From a virus (lineage: Duplodnaviria; Caudoviricetes): DNA of 64,000 nucleotides. The position numbers were made by a program, and so were the translations under genes. Under the pieces are notes generated by a model that saw only the letters and a program-made list of their open reading frames with translations, searched no databases and had not been told where the DNA came from. The stretch's first letter is position 1. The number at the start of each line of letters is the position of its first letter. Of this stretch, positions 39,607 through 50,343 are shown piece by piece. Location of the stretch: positions 128,001 through 192,000 of IMG/VR virus record IMGVR_UViG_3300021979_000003, one strand, 5' to 3'.

Positions 39607-42600
39607 ATGTCAGAAAGTATAAGACAAAACAATTTATTCGCTGCCGAAGATTGGAAAGTAGTATACAACGCTTTCCGTAATGTTTCTCTTCAAGCATACG
39701 ATTACAACACAATATATAATGCTCTTATCGATTATTTAAGAACTAATAATCCAGATGAGTTCAACGACTATGTTCAGCATTCAGAAATGCTTGCACATAT
39801 TAATATGCTGGCATATCTAGGTCAGTCATATGCTTTTCGTATTGACCTAAACGCAAGGGAAAACTTCTTTGACACAGCAGAACGTCGTGAAAGTGTTTTA
39901 AAGCTTGCACAGGGTTTATCTTACAAACCCAAGCGTAATAGAACAGCAAACGGTCTATGTAAAATTGTGTCTGTACAAACAACAGAACCACTATTAGATT
40001 CACAAGGTAATAACATTTCAAATACTGAAATATCTTGGGAACAGATCAACAATTCAAGCTGGTATGAAAACTTCATAAAGGTTTTAAATAGAGCATTCCT
40101 ATCCACTAACCGTTTTGGTGAGCCAGTCAAATCAGGTTCTGTCAACAATATCGACACACAGGTTTATTCCATAAACAACCTTAGTGTTAATAACAGCGAT
40201 ATTGTATATAACTTTAGTTCTTCTGTTAATGGTGAGAACATGTCATTCGAAGTGGTATCCGCTGATATTGATGAAAACGTTATCAAGGAAAGATCACCTC
40301 GTCCAGAATCCAGTATTAATATTCTTTACAGAAATGATCAACTAGGAAGCTCATCACCGGATACTGGTTTCTTCGTATACTTCAAAGAAGGTGAATTAAA
40401 CTTTACCAACTTGGAATACAACACACCAGTACCTGACAGGGAAGAGCTTATTGATGTGGCTAATATCAACGAAACCGATGTGTGGTTACAGGAGCTTGAT
40501 ACTGATACTGGTAATGTAACTACTGAATGGACGCCTATCTCAAGTCTGGTTGGACAGAATATTATCTATAATGATGTTTATCTTGACCGTAGAAAAGTAT
40601 ATTCAGTAAACACGGAGTCTGGTAACCGCGTAAGACTTAAGTTCAGTGATGGTAACTTCGGTGAAGTGCCTATCGGTAGCTTCCGAGTTATGTATAGAAC
40701 ATCAAGAAACCAGTCATTCATAATCAGACCTAACGACATTCAAAAGCGTACTATAAACATTCGTTACGTTGGTAAGGATAATCAGAACTATATTTTAACA
40801 CTAAAATTCTCCCTTCAGTACACAATTGATAATGCTGAAGCAGAAGAAACTACCAATGAAATAAAGCGTAACGCGCCTCTGGTACACTACACACAGGATC
40901 GTATGATTAACGGTGAAGACTACAACGTCTTCCCATTAACACAGTCAAACCTTGTGAGGAAGGTCAAGGCGGTTAACCGTACACACGCTGGTCACAGTCG
41001 CTATATTGATATTACTGACCCAACCGGTGCACACTCCAATACTACTGTTGTTGGTGATGATGCATACATGTATAAAGACTATGGTTTGAATTCCGATGGT
41101 TTCAAAATAGAAAGTAATACTAATTATGCATCACTAGTAAGAACTCGTATCGAGCCTTTATTAAACAGCTATGGTATCGATAACTACTATTTCCACGACA
41201 TTCGTTCTGTCATACTTTCAGAACAGATAGACAACCTTGGTGGGTACGGTAGCGATTATCTAAGCTATGATAATGGACGCTACGTATGGAAAACATTACC
41301 AATGAATATGTATGCTACAACTGGCTATGTTTATGACACGCAAACTTCACAGAACGTCGAAATTGGGGTTGAGTCACCAGACAATAAGCTAAAGCTTCTA
41401 AGAGAAAATTCCAAGGTTCTGTTTAAAAATAACAATGGTCAAAGTAAATGGGTTACTATTCGTGGCCTAGAAGAAGGCGGTATTGTGAACTTACAAGTTG
41501 ATACTACAGGAACTGTAGAGTTAAGTGATGATGTTGATGATGGATGGTATATCAAAGAAGTCATCCCCGGCATCCGTAAGAGTCTTAACACCGATGAAAA
41601 GATTGCAGTTCAAACAGAAATAGAGAACAACCGATCATTTGGTTTAAGATATGATTTTATCAATGATTCATGGTTGATCATTGCACAAGAAAATATTGTA
41701 AACACCGATAACAATACGTTTGACCTGAATGCACCTGCATTGCCTAACGCGCCAGATAACCGTTGGGTTCTAAAAGCTACCTTTATCAATGAACAGGGTG
41801 AAAAGAGATACAATATTATAACAAGACAGTTACGATATATATTCGGTTCAGATAAGCAAGTACGCTTCTTCTTCAAGAACAATGATAAAGTCATTGATTA
41901 CGAAACAGGAAAGTTTGTTCAGGATTACATAAAGATTCTTTCTTCAAACTCTGATAGAAAAGATATTAAAGAGCAAACAACTACCGCTCGTGCAGTAGTT
42001 GGACACATGTATACGTCTGCTACTCATAGTTCAACAACTGAATATGACATCACTAGTAGCATTCCATATAATGCTAATATTGGTGATGTGAAGCTTTTAA
42101 CTGTTGATAAAAAGATTATCAACAATTGGGAAATAACATTCGATAACAACCGAACTATACTTACTATCAACGATAGTTTAATTCCTGACAATACTGTTAC
42201 TGCTTTTAAAATAACAGATGTTATTGAAGTATATGACTTAGAAGGCGGTAACGATACGTTGACGCAGAGTTACAACTTCTCAGTGGTTGACAACTTCATT
42301 CAGAATGATGGTATTGTGGATTACTCTAAGGTTCTTATTGAGCCACAAGATAGTGATGACGATGAGATACAGGATTATCCACTGGCGTTCGAGGATATTG
42401 TTAATCTAAACGAATATGTGTTCTTTAAAACATACTCAGATATTGATAATATCATCTATAACCGTGTTGATAGCAGTGTTCTTCTATTAAATGATAACAC
42501 TACAAGGATTAATGAAGGCGTAGTTTATTATTGTAGTTCCGATATTACTATCAATGATAATTATGGAAATCCAATAAACTATGTAGCTGGAAACTTTTAT

Positions 42601-43338
42601 GAAGGTGATGATGTCGATGGAAGTGGTGTTCGCCCAAATAGTGCTACGCTTCTAGTTAATGACTCAGACGATGATGGTAATACATATAGCGCCTTTATCG
42701 GTAGAACATTTACTAAAGATGATCCATTCTTCTTCCAGTGGAAACATTATGCTGGTGGTAAGGATCGTATTGACCCAAGTATATCAAATATCATTGACAC
42801 ATATGTACTTACTCGCTCATATGATAATGCAGTTAGAACGTGGTTGAACAACAGAGAGAGTGTTGAAACATTCCCTTCGCTGCCAACGTCTAATGAAATC
42901 AAAAGCAACTTGCAAATGATTGAAAATAATAAGTCCACTTCGGATCAAATTATTTACATTCCTGCATCATACAAACTATTGTTTGGTGTATCTGCGTTGC
43001 CTGAGTATAGAGCGAAATTCAAGATTGTTAAAACAACTGGAAGTTATTTAACAGATAATGAAATAAAGTCACAGGTCATTGAAGCAGTAAACGAATTCTT
43101 TAATATAGACAATTGGGACTTTGGATCAGGTTTCTACTTTACTGAACTATCCACATATGTTCATACAAAACTTACTGGTAATATCGCTTCGGTTGTTATT
43201 GTACCTGAAGATGAGAACTCTAGGTTTGGTGAGCTATTTGAAATACGTTCTGAACCAAATGAACTGTTCTTGTCTACTGCGACGGTAGATAATATCGAGA
43301 TTGTTAGAACTTACACTGATGCAAACTTAAGGAAGTAA
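39607..43338 (+). CDS. Baseplate wedge subunit (gp6-like), 1243 aa
   Basis: ENFFDTAERRESVLKLAQGLSYKP, FSDGNFG, AP..YTQDRMINGEDY; follows the gp25-like gene. Confidence 0.8.
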   Translation: MSESIRQNNLFAAEDWKVVYNAFRNVSLQAYDYNTIYNALIDYLRTNNPDEFNDYVQHSEMLAHINMLAYLGQSYAFRIDLNARENFFDTAERRESVLKLAQGLSYKPKRNRTANGLCKIVSVQTTEPLLDSQGNNISNTEISWEQINNSSWYENFIKVLNRAFLSTNRFGEPVKSGSVNNIDTQVYSINNLSVNNSDIVYNFSSSVNGENMSFEVVSADIDENVIKERSPRPESSINILYRNDQLGSSSPDTGFFVYFKEGELNFTNLEYNTPVPDREELIDVANINETDVWLQELDTDTGNVTTEWTPISSLVGQNIIYNDVYLDRRKVYSVNTESGNRVRLKFSDGNFGEVPIGSFRVMYRTSRNQSFIIRPNDIQKRTINIRYVGKDNQNYILTLKFSLQYTIDNAEAEETTNEIKRNAPLVHYTQDRMINGEDYNVFPLTQSNLVRKVKAVNRTHAGHSRYIDITDPTGAHSNTTVVGDDAYMYKDYGLNSDGFKIESNTNYASLVRTRIEPLLNSYGIDNYYFHDIRSVILSEQIDNLGGYGSDYLSYDNGRYVWKTLPMNMYATTGYVYDTQTSQNVEIGVESPDNKLKLLRENSKVLFKNNNGQSKWVTIRGLEEGGIVNLQVDTTGTVELSDDVDDGWYIKEVIPGIRKSLNTDEKIAVQTEIENNRSFGLRYDFINDSWLIIAQENIVNTDNNTFDLNAPALPNAPDNRWVLKATFINEQGEKRYNIITRQLRYIFGSDKQVRFFFKNNDKVIDYETGKFVQDYIKILSSNSDRKDIKEQTTTARAVVGHMYTSATHSSTTEYDITSSIPYNANIGDVKLLTVDKKIINNWEITFDNNRTILTINDSLIPDNTVTAFKITDVIEVYDLEGGNDTLTQSYNFSVVDNFIQNDGIVDYSKVLIEPQDSDDDEIQDYPLAFEDIVNLNEYVFFKTYSDIDNIIYNRVDSSVLLLNDNTTRINEGVVYYCSSDITINDNYGNPINYVAGNFYEGDDVDGSGVRPNSATLLVNDSDDDGNTYSAFIGRTFTKDDPFFFQWKHYAGGKDRIDPSISNIIDTYVLTRSYDNAVRTWLNNRESVETFPSLPTSNEIKSNLQMIENNKSTSDQIIYIPASYKLLFGVSALPEYRAKFKIVKTTGSYLTDNEIKSQVIEAVNEFFNIDNWDFGSGFYFTELSTYVHTKLTGNIASVVIVPEDENSRFGELFEIRSEPNELFLSTATVDNIEIVRTYTDANLRK

Positions 43339-43339
43339 T

Positions 43340-44710
43340 ATGTACAGTAGAGATTATTTTTACGATAAGCAACTTAGAAGATACCTTTTACAAATAATTA
43401 GGTTATTCTCTGGATTCAAAGTTTATGATGGAAAGCGTAATGGTGCTGACAGATATAAGTTAGTACCATGCACATATGCTGATATGTCCAGACTAGGTGC
43501 AACATATCTCAACAAAAACAGTGAGAATATTCTTACGTCTGCACCTATGCTGTCATTACATATATCAGACTTCCAGCCACTTCCTGAGTATAGACATACA
43601 CCACATTACGAAGGTGTGAGTCATATAACTGAAAAACAAAAGAATAGTTCTGGTGATTATATTAATAAACCAGCTAGCAAGTACACAATATCTCAATTGA
43701 TGCCTGTTCCGTTTACTATGAACGTGAACGTTGATGTTTTCACTACATCAACTGATCAGAAAATGGAACTTATGGAGCAGATATTAGTGTGGTACAACCC
43801 CGGCTTTGAATTTAGAGTTAATTCTTCTCCTATGGATATGGGTAACGTTGCCAATATTCAACTGGATAACATTCAATGGACCTCACGTAGCGTACCACAA
43901 GGCACAAGTACTGAGATTGACGTTATGACTCTAACGTTTAGAGTATACCCTGTGTTTATTACCAGTCCTGCTAAGATTCGAAAACAAACCAAGATACATA
44001 GTATCTACACTAATATGCATCTAACCACTGGTGATGAAAACACGCTTCTTAGTAACTCTTTAGATGACATCTTTACCCGAGAAAACTACCTACTTGAACC
44101 GGTTGTTGCTACTCCTAATGGCTATGATTTAGAAGTTTATAAGAAGCAAGACAATAACTATTATGCTAAAATAATAAACACGTCTGGTGGATATGATAAC
44201 TGGAATACATTATTTGACAAATATGGTAAAGTCGATGAGGGCGTTACCACAATCAGGATTGGGCAGTCTAATAACCCTGAAGACGATAATAGTTTCATAT
44301 TTGGTACGTTCCTATATACCAATAGTGAGGAAGAAATACAATTAGAGTTTGATGTAGATACATTCTCTACTCCTACGCTTGATCCTGTAGATGCAATAAT
44401 TAACCCGAATGCAACAACGATACCCACACCTAACACCGAAACAAGATTTTTGATCGCTAGTGATATAAAAGATTCTTCAAGATGGGGTGGACTTGTAGCC
44501 TCACAATGGGATATAATAGAAACTGTAGATGGTGGAGCAACATGGTCTATAGCATTTGATGCATCTGAAACGACAAGTGAAGAATATGTTATTAATTTAA
44601 CAAAAGACGATCTGTATAAGTTTCACAATGGACAATGGATATCTGCTATATCCGGTAGGTATACCGAAGGCTTTTGGGCCTTTGATGTTGAAAAGCTTGA
44701 AGGTACATGA
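43340..44710 (+). CDS. Tail sheath stabiliser / tail completion protein (gp15-like)
   Basis: YFYDKQLRRY, VP..Y, PVPF, QKMELMEQIL..YNP. Confidence 0.8.
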   Translation: MYSRDYFYDKQLRRYLLQIIRLFSGFKVYDGKRNGADRYKLVPCTYADMSRLGATYLNKNSENILTSAPMLSLHISDFQPLPEYRHTPHYEGVSHITEKQKNSSGDYINKPASKYTISQLMPVPFTMNVNVDVFTTSTDQKMELMEQILVWYNPGFEFRVNSSPMDMGNVANIQLDNIQWTSRSVPQGTSTEIDVMTLTFRVYPVFITSPAKIRKQTKIHSIYTNMHLTTGDENTLLSNSLDDIFTRENYLLEPVVATPNGYDLEVYKKQDNNYYAKIINTSGGYDNWNTLFDKYGKVDEGVTTIRIGQSNNPEDDNSFIFGTFLYTNSEEEIQLEFDVDTFSTPTLDPVDAIINPNATTIPTPNTETRFLIASDIKDSSRWGGLVASQWDIIETVDGGATWSIAFDASETTSEEYVINLTKDDLYKFHNGQWISAISGRYTEGFWAFDVEKLEGT

Positions 44711-44713
44711 TAC

Positions 44714-44739
44714 AATGCTCCTATATAGGAGCATTTTTT
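44714..44739 (+). terminator. Perfect 22-bp palindrome plus T-run that contains the next gene's SD
   Basis: AATGCTCC-TATATA-GGAGCATT-TTTT-ATG. Confidence 0.7.
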
Positions 44740-45156
44740 ATGAGTCAATTTAAACTAAAAAAGTCTGGTCTAGTACTTTACCGCAAAACCAAAGATGATG
44801 TTTTGTTTCGTTGTATGATCCCTAGTGATCCTATGTATGGTGGATCATCCCCCCAAATTCCCAAAGGTGGAATTGATGAAGGTGACAGTGTTAAGTTTAC
44901 GGCAGTGAAAGAATGCTGTGAAGAATGTGGCCTTATACCTACAAACCTTGAAAGCATCGAAGAATTTAAAATCTATCCTAAAATGAAGATGGCAATTTTT
45001 ATTGGAACCGTTGATGATCCCGACGATTTTGTTGAACCACATTGGGAATCTAAATGGTCTGGTTGGGTCAGCTATAATACTGAAAGAGAACGTCTACGAG
45101 ACATTCAAAGACATATTTTCGATGATATTTACGAACATGTAACGGGTAAGGAATAG
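44740..45156 (+). CDS. Nudix hydrolase
   Basis: PKGGIDEGDSVKFTAVKECCEECGL is a variant Nudix box. Confidence 0.85.
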   Translation: MSQFKLKKSGLVLYRKTKDDVLFRCMIPSDPMYGGSSPQIPKGGIDEGDSVKFTAVKECCEECGLIPTNLESIEEFKIYPKMKMAIFIGTVDDPDDFVEPHWESKWSGWVSYNTERERLRDIQRHIFDDIYEHVTGKE

Positions 45157-45158
45157 GT

Positions 45159-46052
45159 ATGGAAATGTATACGTCAGAAGATGAAGAACTAATGATTAAT
45201 GGTCAGCGGTTTACTGATTTTCTGAGTACTATCGAACTGAAGATTATGGACTTAGAATATCAGGTAGGTAATCAACAGGTTCGCATTGATAACTTAGAAT
45301 CAGATAACGTAATGATTGAAGGTAATCTAAATGAACAGGTTGTTATTAATAATAACTTCAGAGACTTCATAACTTACATTATTGATGCAGAAATGTTTTA
45401 TACCATGTCTTACAACTTTGCAAAGAAGCTCTGTTATGATAATAAAGTTACTGGTGATCACCTTATTAGTAACGCATCTATGGTTTCGTCAACCATTTCC
45501 AACACCGTTAACTATGGTGACGAAGCATACAGCCTTGAATATTGGAGCCTCATTTTTGAAAGGGCAATAGAAATGGGCGTCTCTAAAGACATCTTATATA
45601 ATCGTCTGATTGAGTATTCTAAAAATGTGACACGGTATTCGGCACATACTATTACTGGTTATGACCTTAATAGTCAACGTCCGAAGTTGTCTTCATTTCT
45701 TCAACGAAGATTTAATTATTACGATATTCTTACACTTTTTACATCAAACTGTTCAGATAAAAATTGTCTTGCTAAGATTGTAATTCAGTCACTGTGTCCA
45801 TACTACAAAGTTGAATACATTAATTATCTCTTTAAACAATGGACTCCTAATATGATTGTTCAACATTGGCAGTATATTAGAAGTGTCGATTGTAGTTCAT
45901 TGAGGGATTCATATTTCGACAATATGTATAAAATTCTTTCTAGTAAATCCGGGGAGCATTATGAGGCATTTAAAGATGACAAACGGTTCATTGAGTCTTT
46001 GAGAAATGCATCTTCTAGGATAGACAACTATTATAAGTTAAGGAACCAATGA
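45159..46052 (+). CDS. Hypothetical protein with N-terminal coiled coil
   Basis: SD AAGGA; heptad-like pattern at residues ~20-60. Confidence 0.65.
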   Translation: MEMYTSEDEELMINGQRFTDFLSTIELKIMDLEYQVGNQQVRIDNLESDNVMIEGNLNEQVVINNNFRDFITYIIDAEMFYTMSYNFAKKLCYDNKVTGDHLISNASMVSSTISNTVNYGDEAYSLEYWSLIFERAIEMGVSKDILYNRLIEYSKNVTRYSAHTITGYDLNSQRPKLSSFLQRRFNYYDILTLFTSNCSDKNCLAKIVIQSLCPYYKVEYINYLFKQWTPNMIVQHWQYIRSVDCSSLRDSYFDNMYKILSSKSGEHYEAFKDDKRFIESLRNASSRIDNYYKLRNQ

Positions 46053-46062
46053 GGTTCCTTAA

Positions 46063-46584
46063 TTATCTTATACATTTTACTCTTACTAATTTAGCGTTAT
46101 CCAAAGATTTGACAGTCACATGTTGAGATTTTGATGAAGTTACTGACCCTAAGTTTTCTAAAATTTTTGATCCAGAGTTGTGTATGAGTTCCGCCTTCCC
46201 CTCAAAGCAAATTATTGTTTCATCTTTACTTATAGGAATTATTTTTTGTTCGCCCGTATTCAGCCACATATCAGATACAGATTGAATTTCAATGTTATCT
46301 TTTCTTATAAACATTAGGTAATCAATAGTATCTTCTGATAAGGCATGATACTCTAACGTTTTATATTCAAAACGTGATATATTCTCAATATATCTACTAA
46401 TAGTATCAGGGTGAACCTTCTCATTCATTTCTGGACAATAAACATAACCATCGCCTCGTATTCCATAAAAAAATATGTGAACACCATATTTGTCATTGTT
46501 TTCATGTACTAAAACATCGCCCTTACGCATAGACCCATAACATAAGTTGAAGTTATTAAATTTTTTCAAGCTTGTTGCAATCAT
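46063..46584 (-). CDS. Hypothetical protein (possible cupin-like beta fold) in the fibre cassette
   Basis: ATGA coupling with the upstream small gene. Confidence 0.6.
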   Translation of the reverse strand: MIATSLKKFNNFNLCYGSMRKGDVLVHENNDKYGVHIFFYGIRGDGYVYCPEMNEKVHPDTISRYIENISRFEYKTLEYHALSEDTIDYLMFIRKDNIEIQSVSDMWLNTGEQKIIPISKDETIICFEGKAELIHNSGSKILENLGSVTSSKSQHVTVKSLDNAKLVRVKCIR

Positions 46585-46847
46585 ATTACATCCTCGCCAT
46601 TATCTGTATCTGAATATGGGTCTTCTGGTTGATTACTTTTTTCATAGAGCGTTTTCAAAACCGTTGGAATTTCAATAGGTTCAGGTTCTTCTGGTCGTAA
46701 CTTTTCTATAATTTCTATAACTTCATTTTCAGTAAGATTACTATTATTAATTATCTCTTCCGGTATATAATGGTTGAGTCTAATCCATCCCCAATCAATA
46801 ACCATGGTTCTTTCTTTTTCATTAAATCTTAAAATTTTAAAATTCAT
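46581..46847 (-). CDS. Small hypothetical protein, possible fibre assembly factor
   Basis: SD GAGAGG; own late promoter at 46890-46897. Confidence 0.6.
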   Translation of the reverse strand: MNFKILRFNEKERTMVIDWGWIRLNHYIPEEIINNSNLTENEVIEIIEKLRPEEPEPIEIPTVLKTLYEKSNQPEDPYSDTDNGEDVI

Positions 46848-46860
46848 AAATTCCTCTCAA

Positions 46861-49209
46861 TTAAACATCACTTCTACCTATCACTGTACTATTTATATTA
46901 GTAAATGATTGTATATTTCCACCACTATCTTGTATAGCATATCCAGCAGCACCGCCCACACCTAAGTCACCTGAACGTCCACTACTAGATGTCACGGCAC
47001 CGCCTACTAATTGATAAGAAACCGTTTCTACATTACTTGATCCTGTCGAACTCGCACCGGGGCTTCCATAGGCACCACCATTTCCTCCATATAAATCAAA
47101 AGTATGATTTACTGTATATGGATTATTGTTGGAGTCATATCTAGTTTCTTCTTCAGTGTGTCGTGCACTACCACCTACACCAGCGCTACTACTCGTTCCT
47201 TGTGTAGCATTTGTTGTTGAAACGTTACCGATAGCGTCAGTAACAGTTGCAACTCGACCTGTAATAGACCTACCACCACCACCGGGGCCTAGCGCATTAG
47301 TTGAATAGCTTGTGTCACCACCCTTACCTGCGTTACTTGATGTGGCAGTATAGCGCACGGCACCGCCACCACCACCACCACCAGCGCGGACGGTACAACC
47401 ATTTATTGTTAAGTTAGTAGGCACTGCCGACACGTATATACACGTTCCACCGGGGCTTCCGTCATTACTACGATAATTTCCACCACCAGAGCCACCATGT
47501 GAAGTTATATTTGCATTGTAAATATTGAGTGTTAATTCACTACCTTCAGTAAAAAGAAAATAATTTTCTGTACGTATTGCAGCGTAAATAAGTCCGCCTT
47601 CAACTGTACTATAATTTCCGTATACATTAACAGTATAATGTAACCCCGGCTCAGGCATTCCAATTGCATCATATATAACAAGATTGCCGCCACTAAAATC
47701 AGTTATGTCTATTGGGTCTGGCTTTCCTAAAATAGTTATTGTTTTTTCGACTACAATTGATCCACTTGTAACACTAAGTGTTTCTGTATATTCATTCTCA
47801 GTTCCCGGTGGGACCGAAATAGTTATAATACCACCTGAAAAGGTATAAGGAAACGATGTACTTATGTTATAAGTCATTGTAGAGTCATATGGATCGATTG
47901 TATATTGAAAATCAGCCCCCGGCCAAACTTCATCACGCCCTACTACGTCATAAGGTGGAACTGCTAGTATAAGGGTGTTTATACTATCACTAGAACCTTC
48001 TCTAGTAACTGTAATAGTAGCCGTTACATCGTTCTCTAACGTGGCAGGTGTAATTAATGTAATAATATCATCTGTCCTAGACACAGTACCGTGTGTGGTT
48101 GTAACAGTATATGTATAATCTGGGTTATAGTTTCCAATTGTATATTGATAATTTCCACCGCCTGAATTTATTTCTGTAGGACCAGAAATCGTAACAGAAG
48201 GGTCTGCAACCAGAGTTATTGTAAATACATTTTCAAAACCATCTTTTAATACAACTAAATCTGTTTGTGTTTCAAATGGAATTGTATTAGGACCAATAAC
48301 CTCAATTATGTCTTCTGAAGAAAAGCTTACCCCAAATCCTGCATCTGAAGGTGGTAGTTCATACTCACTAAAGCTATTGTAGTTTGTTATTAAATAACTA
48401 AAAGTTCCACCAGAAGAGATTTCGGTTGGACCGTTTAAGGTAACTAATGTCTCCCCACGTGCGCCATATATCCATGCATTATCTATTTTTCCATTACTGT
48501 CAGAGACTGGTATAGCATATTCCTTTGGTGTGTTAGATAACATATATCTTCCTACACCTACTCTTCCAATACCACTTATAGGAGTGTATGTATCTATTGA
48601 TGTTGCATTGGTTTCTAGTGTGCCTATGAAAATTTTATTATCTTCATTTACTTCAAAGTTTTCCTTTATTCGTATGTCAGCAATACCAGCTTCTATTTGA
48701 ACATAGGTATAAAAAACTTTATTTTCAAAATTAGCATTAACGTCTCGAATGTCAAATGTATCAGTCGGAATGGTATACTTGGAGCCGTTTATCAGACATT
48801 CCATTTCACTAAAACGAATATTATACGAATCCAGAACTGAGTAGTCATATGTAGTTGAGCTTTGGTCACCAATAGACGTTATCCCATAAAACTCCCCACT
48901 TCTGACATTCTGTGGTATACTGTTCTGTAGATATAGTCTTGATACCGCATTTCTATTCTGTGTTGGATGATTAGCTAGTATTAGTTCAGGTATAGTGTCG
49001 TTTTCAGTTAAAAGAAACTCGTTACTTAGATCACCATAAGTATTACCTGATAATACATTAGCGTCTATTCCACCACCATCACCTTGTGATCCAGTTGCTA
49101 ATGTATTGAGTCCATCAATGTCACTAGCACTATGTCTATGATTGTTTGCAATACCTTTGTGTATTATTTTCTTACCACCAATGGTAGTACCGTTTGGTAA
49201 ATCTGCCAT
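46861..49209 (-). CDS. Tail fibre/adhesin-like protein with Ig-like repeats and a Gly-rich C-terminus
   Basis: HRH..SDI fibre motif, three repeats of the V...GP.E...G..Y.Y.I..Y type, and AGGGGGGG / GGAAGYAI motifs as in T-even gp38 adhesins. Confidence 0.7.
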   Translation of the reverse strand: MADLPNGTTIGGKKIIHKGIANNHRHSASDIDGLNTLATGSQGDGGGIDANVLSGNTYGDLSNEFLLTENDTIPELILANHPTQNRNAVSRLYLQNSIPQNVRSGEFYGITSIGDQSSTTYDYSVLDSYNIRFSEMECLINGSKYTIPTDTFDIRDVNANFENKVFYTYVQIEAGIADIRIKENFEVNEDNKIFIGTLETNATSIDTYTPISGIGRVGVGRYMLSNTPKEYAIPVSDSNGKIDNAWIYGARGETLVTLNGPTEISSGGTFSYLITNYNSFSEYELPPSDAGFGVSFSSEDIIEVIGPNTIPFETQTDLVVLKDGFENVFTITLVADPSVTISGPTEINSGGGNYQYTIGNYNPDYTYTVTTTHGTVSRTDDIITLITPATLENDVTATITVTREGSSDSINTLILAVPPYDVVGRDEVWPGADFQYTIDPYDSTMTYNISTSFPYTFSGGIITISVPPGTENEYTETLSVTSGSIVVEKTITILGKPDPIDITDFSGGNLVIYDAIGMPEPGLHYTVNVYGNYSTVEGGLIYAAIRTENYFLFTEGSELTLNIYNANITSHGGSGGGNYRSNDGSPGGTCIYVSAVPTNLTINGCTVRAGGGGGGGAVRYTATSSNAGKGGDTSYSTNALGPGGGGRSITGRVATVTDAIGNVSTTNATQGTSSSAGVGGSARHTEEETRYDSNNNPYTVNHTFDLYGGNGGAYGSPGASSTGSSNVETVSYQLVGGAVTSSSGRSGDLGVGGAAGYAIQDSGGNIQSFTNINSTVIGRSDV
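46890..46897 (-). promoter_or_regulatory. T4-type late promoter
   Basis: TATAAATA on the minus strand inside the adhesin gene's 3' end. Confidence 0.6.
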
Positions 49210-49249
49210 TTCTAAGACCTTTTCCTATTAATAGTATCGTGTTATAATG

Positions 49250-49257
49250 TATTTATA
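49250..49257 (-). promoter_or_regulatory. T4-type late promoter
   Basis: TATAAATA on the minus strand 40 nt upstream of the adhesin ATG. Confidence 0.75.
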
Positions 49258-49278
49258 CAGTTATAAATGGAGCGCTTA

Positions 49279-50343
49279 ATGAGTACTTTTTACGATCCTC
49301 AAGATGAAATTGATGAGCTTTCACATAGAGTTAATGAGCTTGAAAATTGTATCAATGATCTTGAAGCTTCGGCATCGACACTAGAGACTGAAAATAATAA
49401 CCTTAAAACCGAGATTGAAGAGCTTAATGAAAAGCACAAAGAAAAAGTAAGCAACCTTTTAGATGAGGTTAGTGGGAAACAATCAGAAACATTTAACATA
49501 TTCTACGAACTCTATGTCTCACCTTTGATCGAAAAGCTTGAGTCTAAAGAATTGCCAGCGATTGAAGTATTTGAGGAAAGTGTTGATCACCACATTTTTT
49601 GTGACCTTATCAACGAAACCATGGAAATGAACTTGGGATTCTTCCATGAAGATGAAGACGAAAGTATTTTGAAAAACTCTTATTCCCTAGCATGTGAAGG
49701 TATCCAAAGGCTTCTCAAAGAAATAAATTCAGTTATCGACTCAGAATCATATTTTGAGTTTATCAATGAACTTTGCAAGCATGTTTCTCTATGTCCTACA
49801 AACATACTGGCATTCTTAAACGAATATACATGCGGGAACATAACATGTGATTTTGTACAGTCACTACCAGAAAAGGTAAAAAATTCTTTGGCTCGTAGTC
49901 TGATGAGCAACTTTTATGTTTCTAGATCATATATCCCAAACACTATGATGAACAGTATTACTTCTTATTCAGTTGGTATGCCTTACACTAGTGCTATCAA
50001 AGAATTGTTTGTTGTTCTATGGGACCATTTAAATCAAGACAAACTCAAAGTTAAAATGAAAGATCATAGTGATGTTGCAAGTAAGATCAATGCAGTAGTG
50101 AACTATAAGAAAGGCTATCGAAAGAGTACGGGTAAAACCAGAGGTTTGCTTGAAGACATTATGGATAGGGATATCTCTGTTTCTGATGATTTTTGGGAAA
50201 CATATTTTACTAAAAACCAAGAATCCTTTAAATCATTTTATAAGAATATCGTATCAAAAGAGGATGGAAGTGACTATATTGAGAAAATTCCATCCTCTAT
50301 ACGGAAAGAGGTTAATAAGCTAAAGATAAAAGGGGATTTTTAA
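49279..50343 (+). CDS. Hypothetical protein with N-terminal coiled coil
   Basis: SD GGAG favours the ATG at 49279. Confidence 0.65.
   Translation: MSTFYDPQDEIDELSHRVNELENCINDLEASASTLETENNNLKTEIEELNEKHKEKVSNLLDEVSGKQSETFNIFYELYVSPLIEKLESKELPAIEVFEESVDHHIFCDLINETMEMNLGFFHEDEDESILKNSYSLACEGIQRLLKEINSVIDSESYFEFINELCKHVSLCPTNILAFLNEYTCGNITCDFVQSLPEKVKNSLARSLMSNFYVSRSYIPNTMMNSITSYSVGMPYTSAIKELFVVLWDHLNQDKLKVKMKDHSDVASKINAVVNYKKGYRKSTGKTRGLLEDIMDRDISVSDDFWETYFTKNQESFKSFYKNIVSKEDGSDYIEKIPSSIRKEVNKLKIKGDF

Noticed and set aside
46052-49279. Invertible adhesin cassette or DGR target
   Set aside because: I found no inverted repeats at the borders, no recombinase or reverse transcriptase, and no template repeat in the window.
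45159-50343. Paralogy of the two coiled-coil proteins flanking the cassette
   Set aside because: The similarity is limited to generic heptad composition, with no shared motif by eye.
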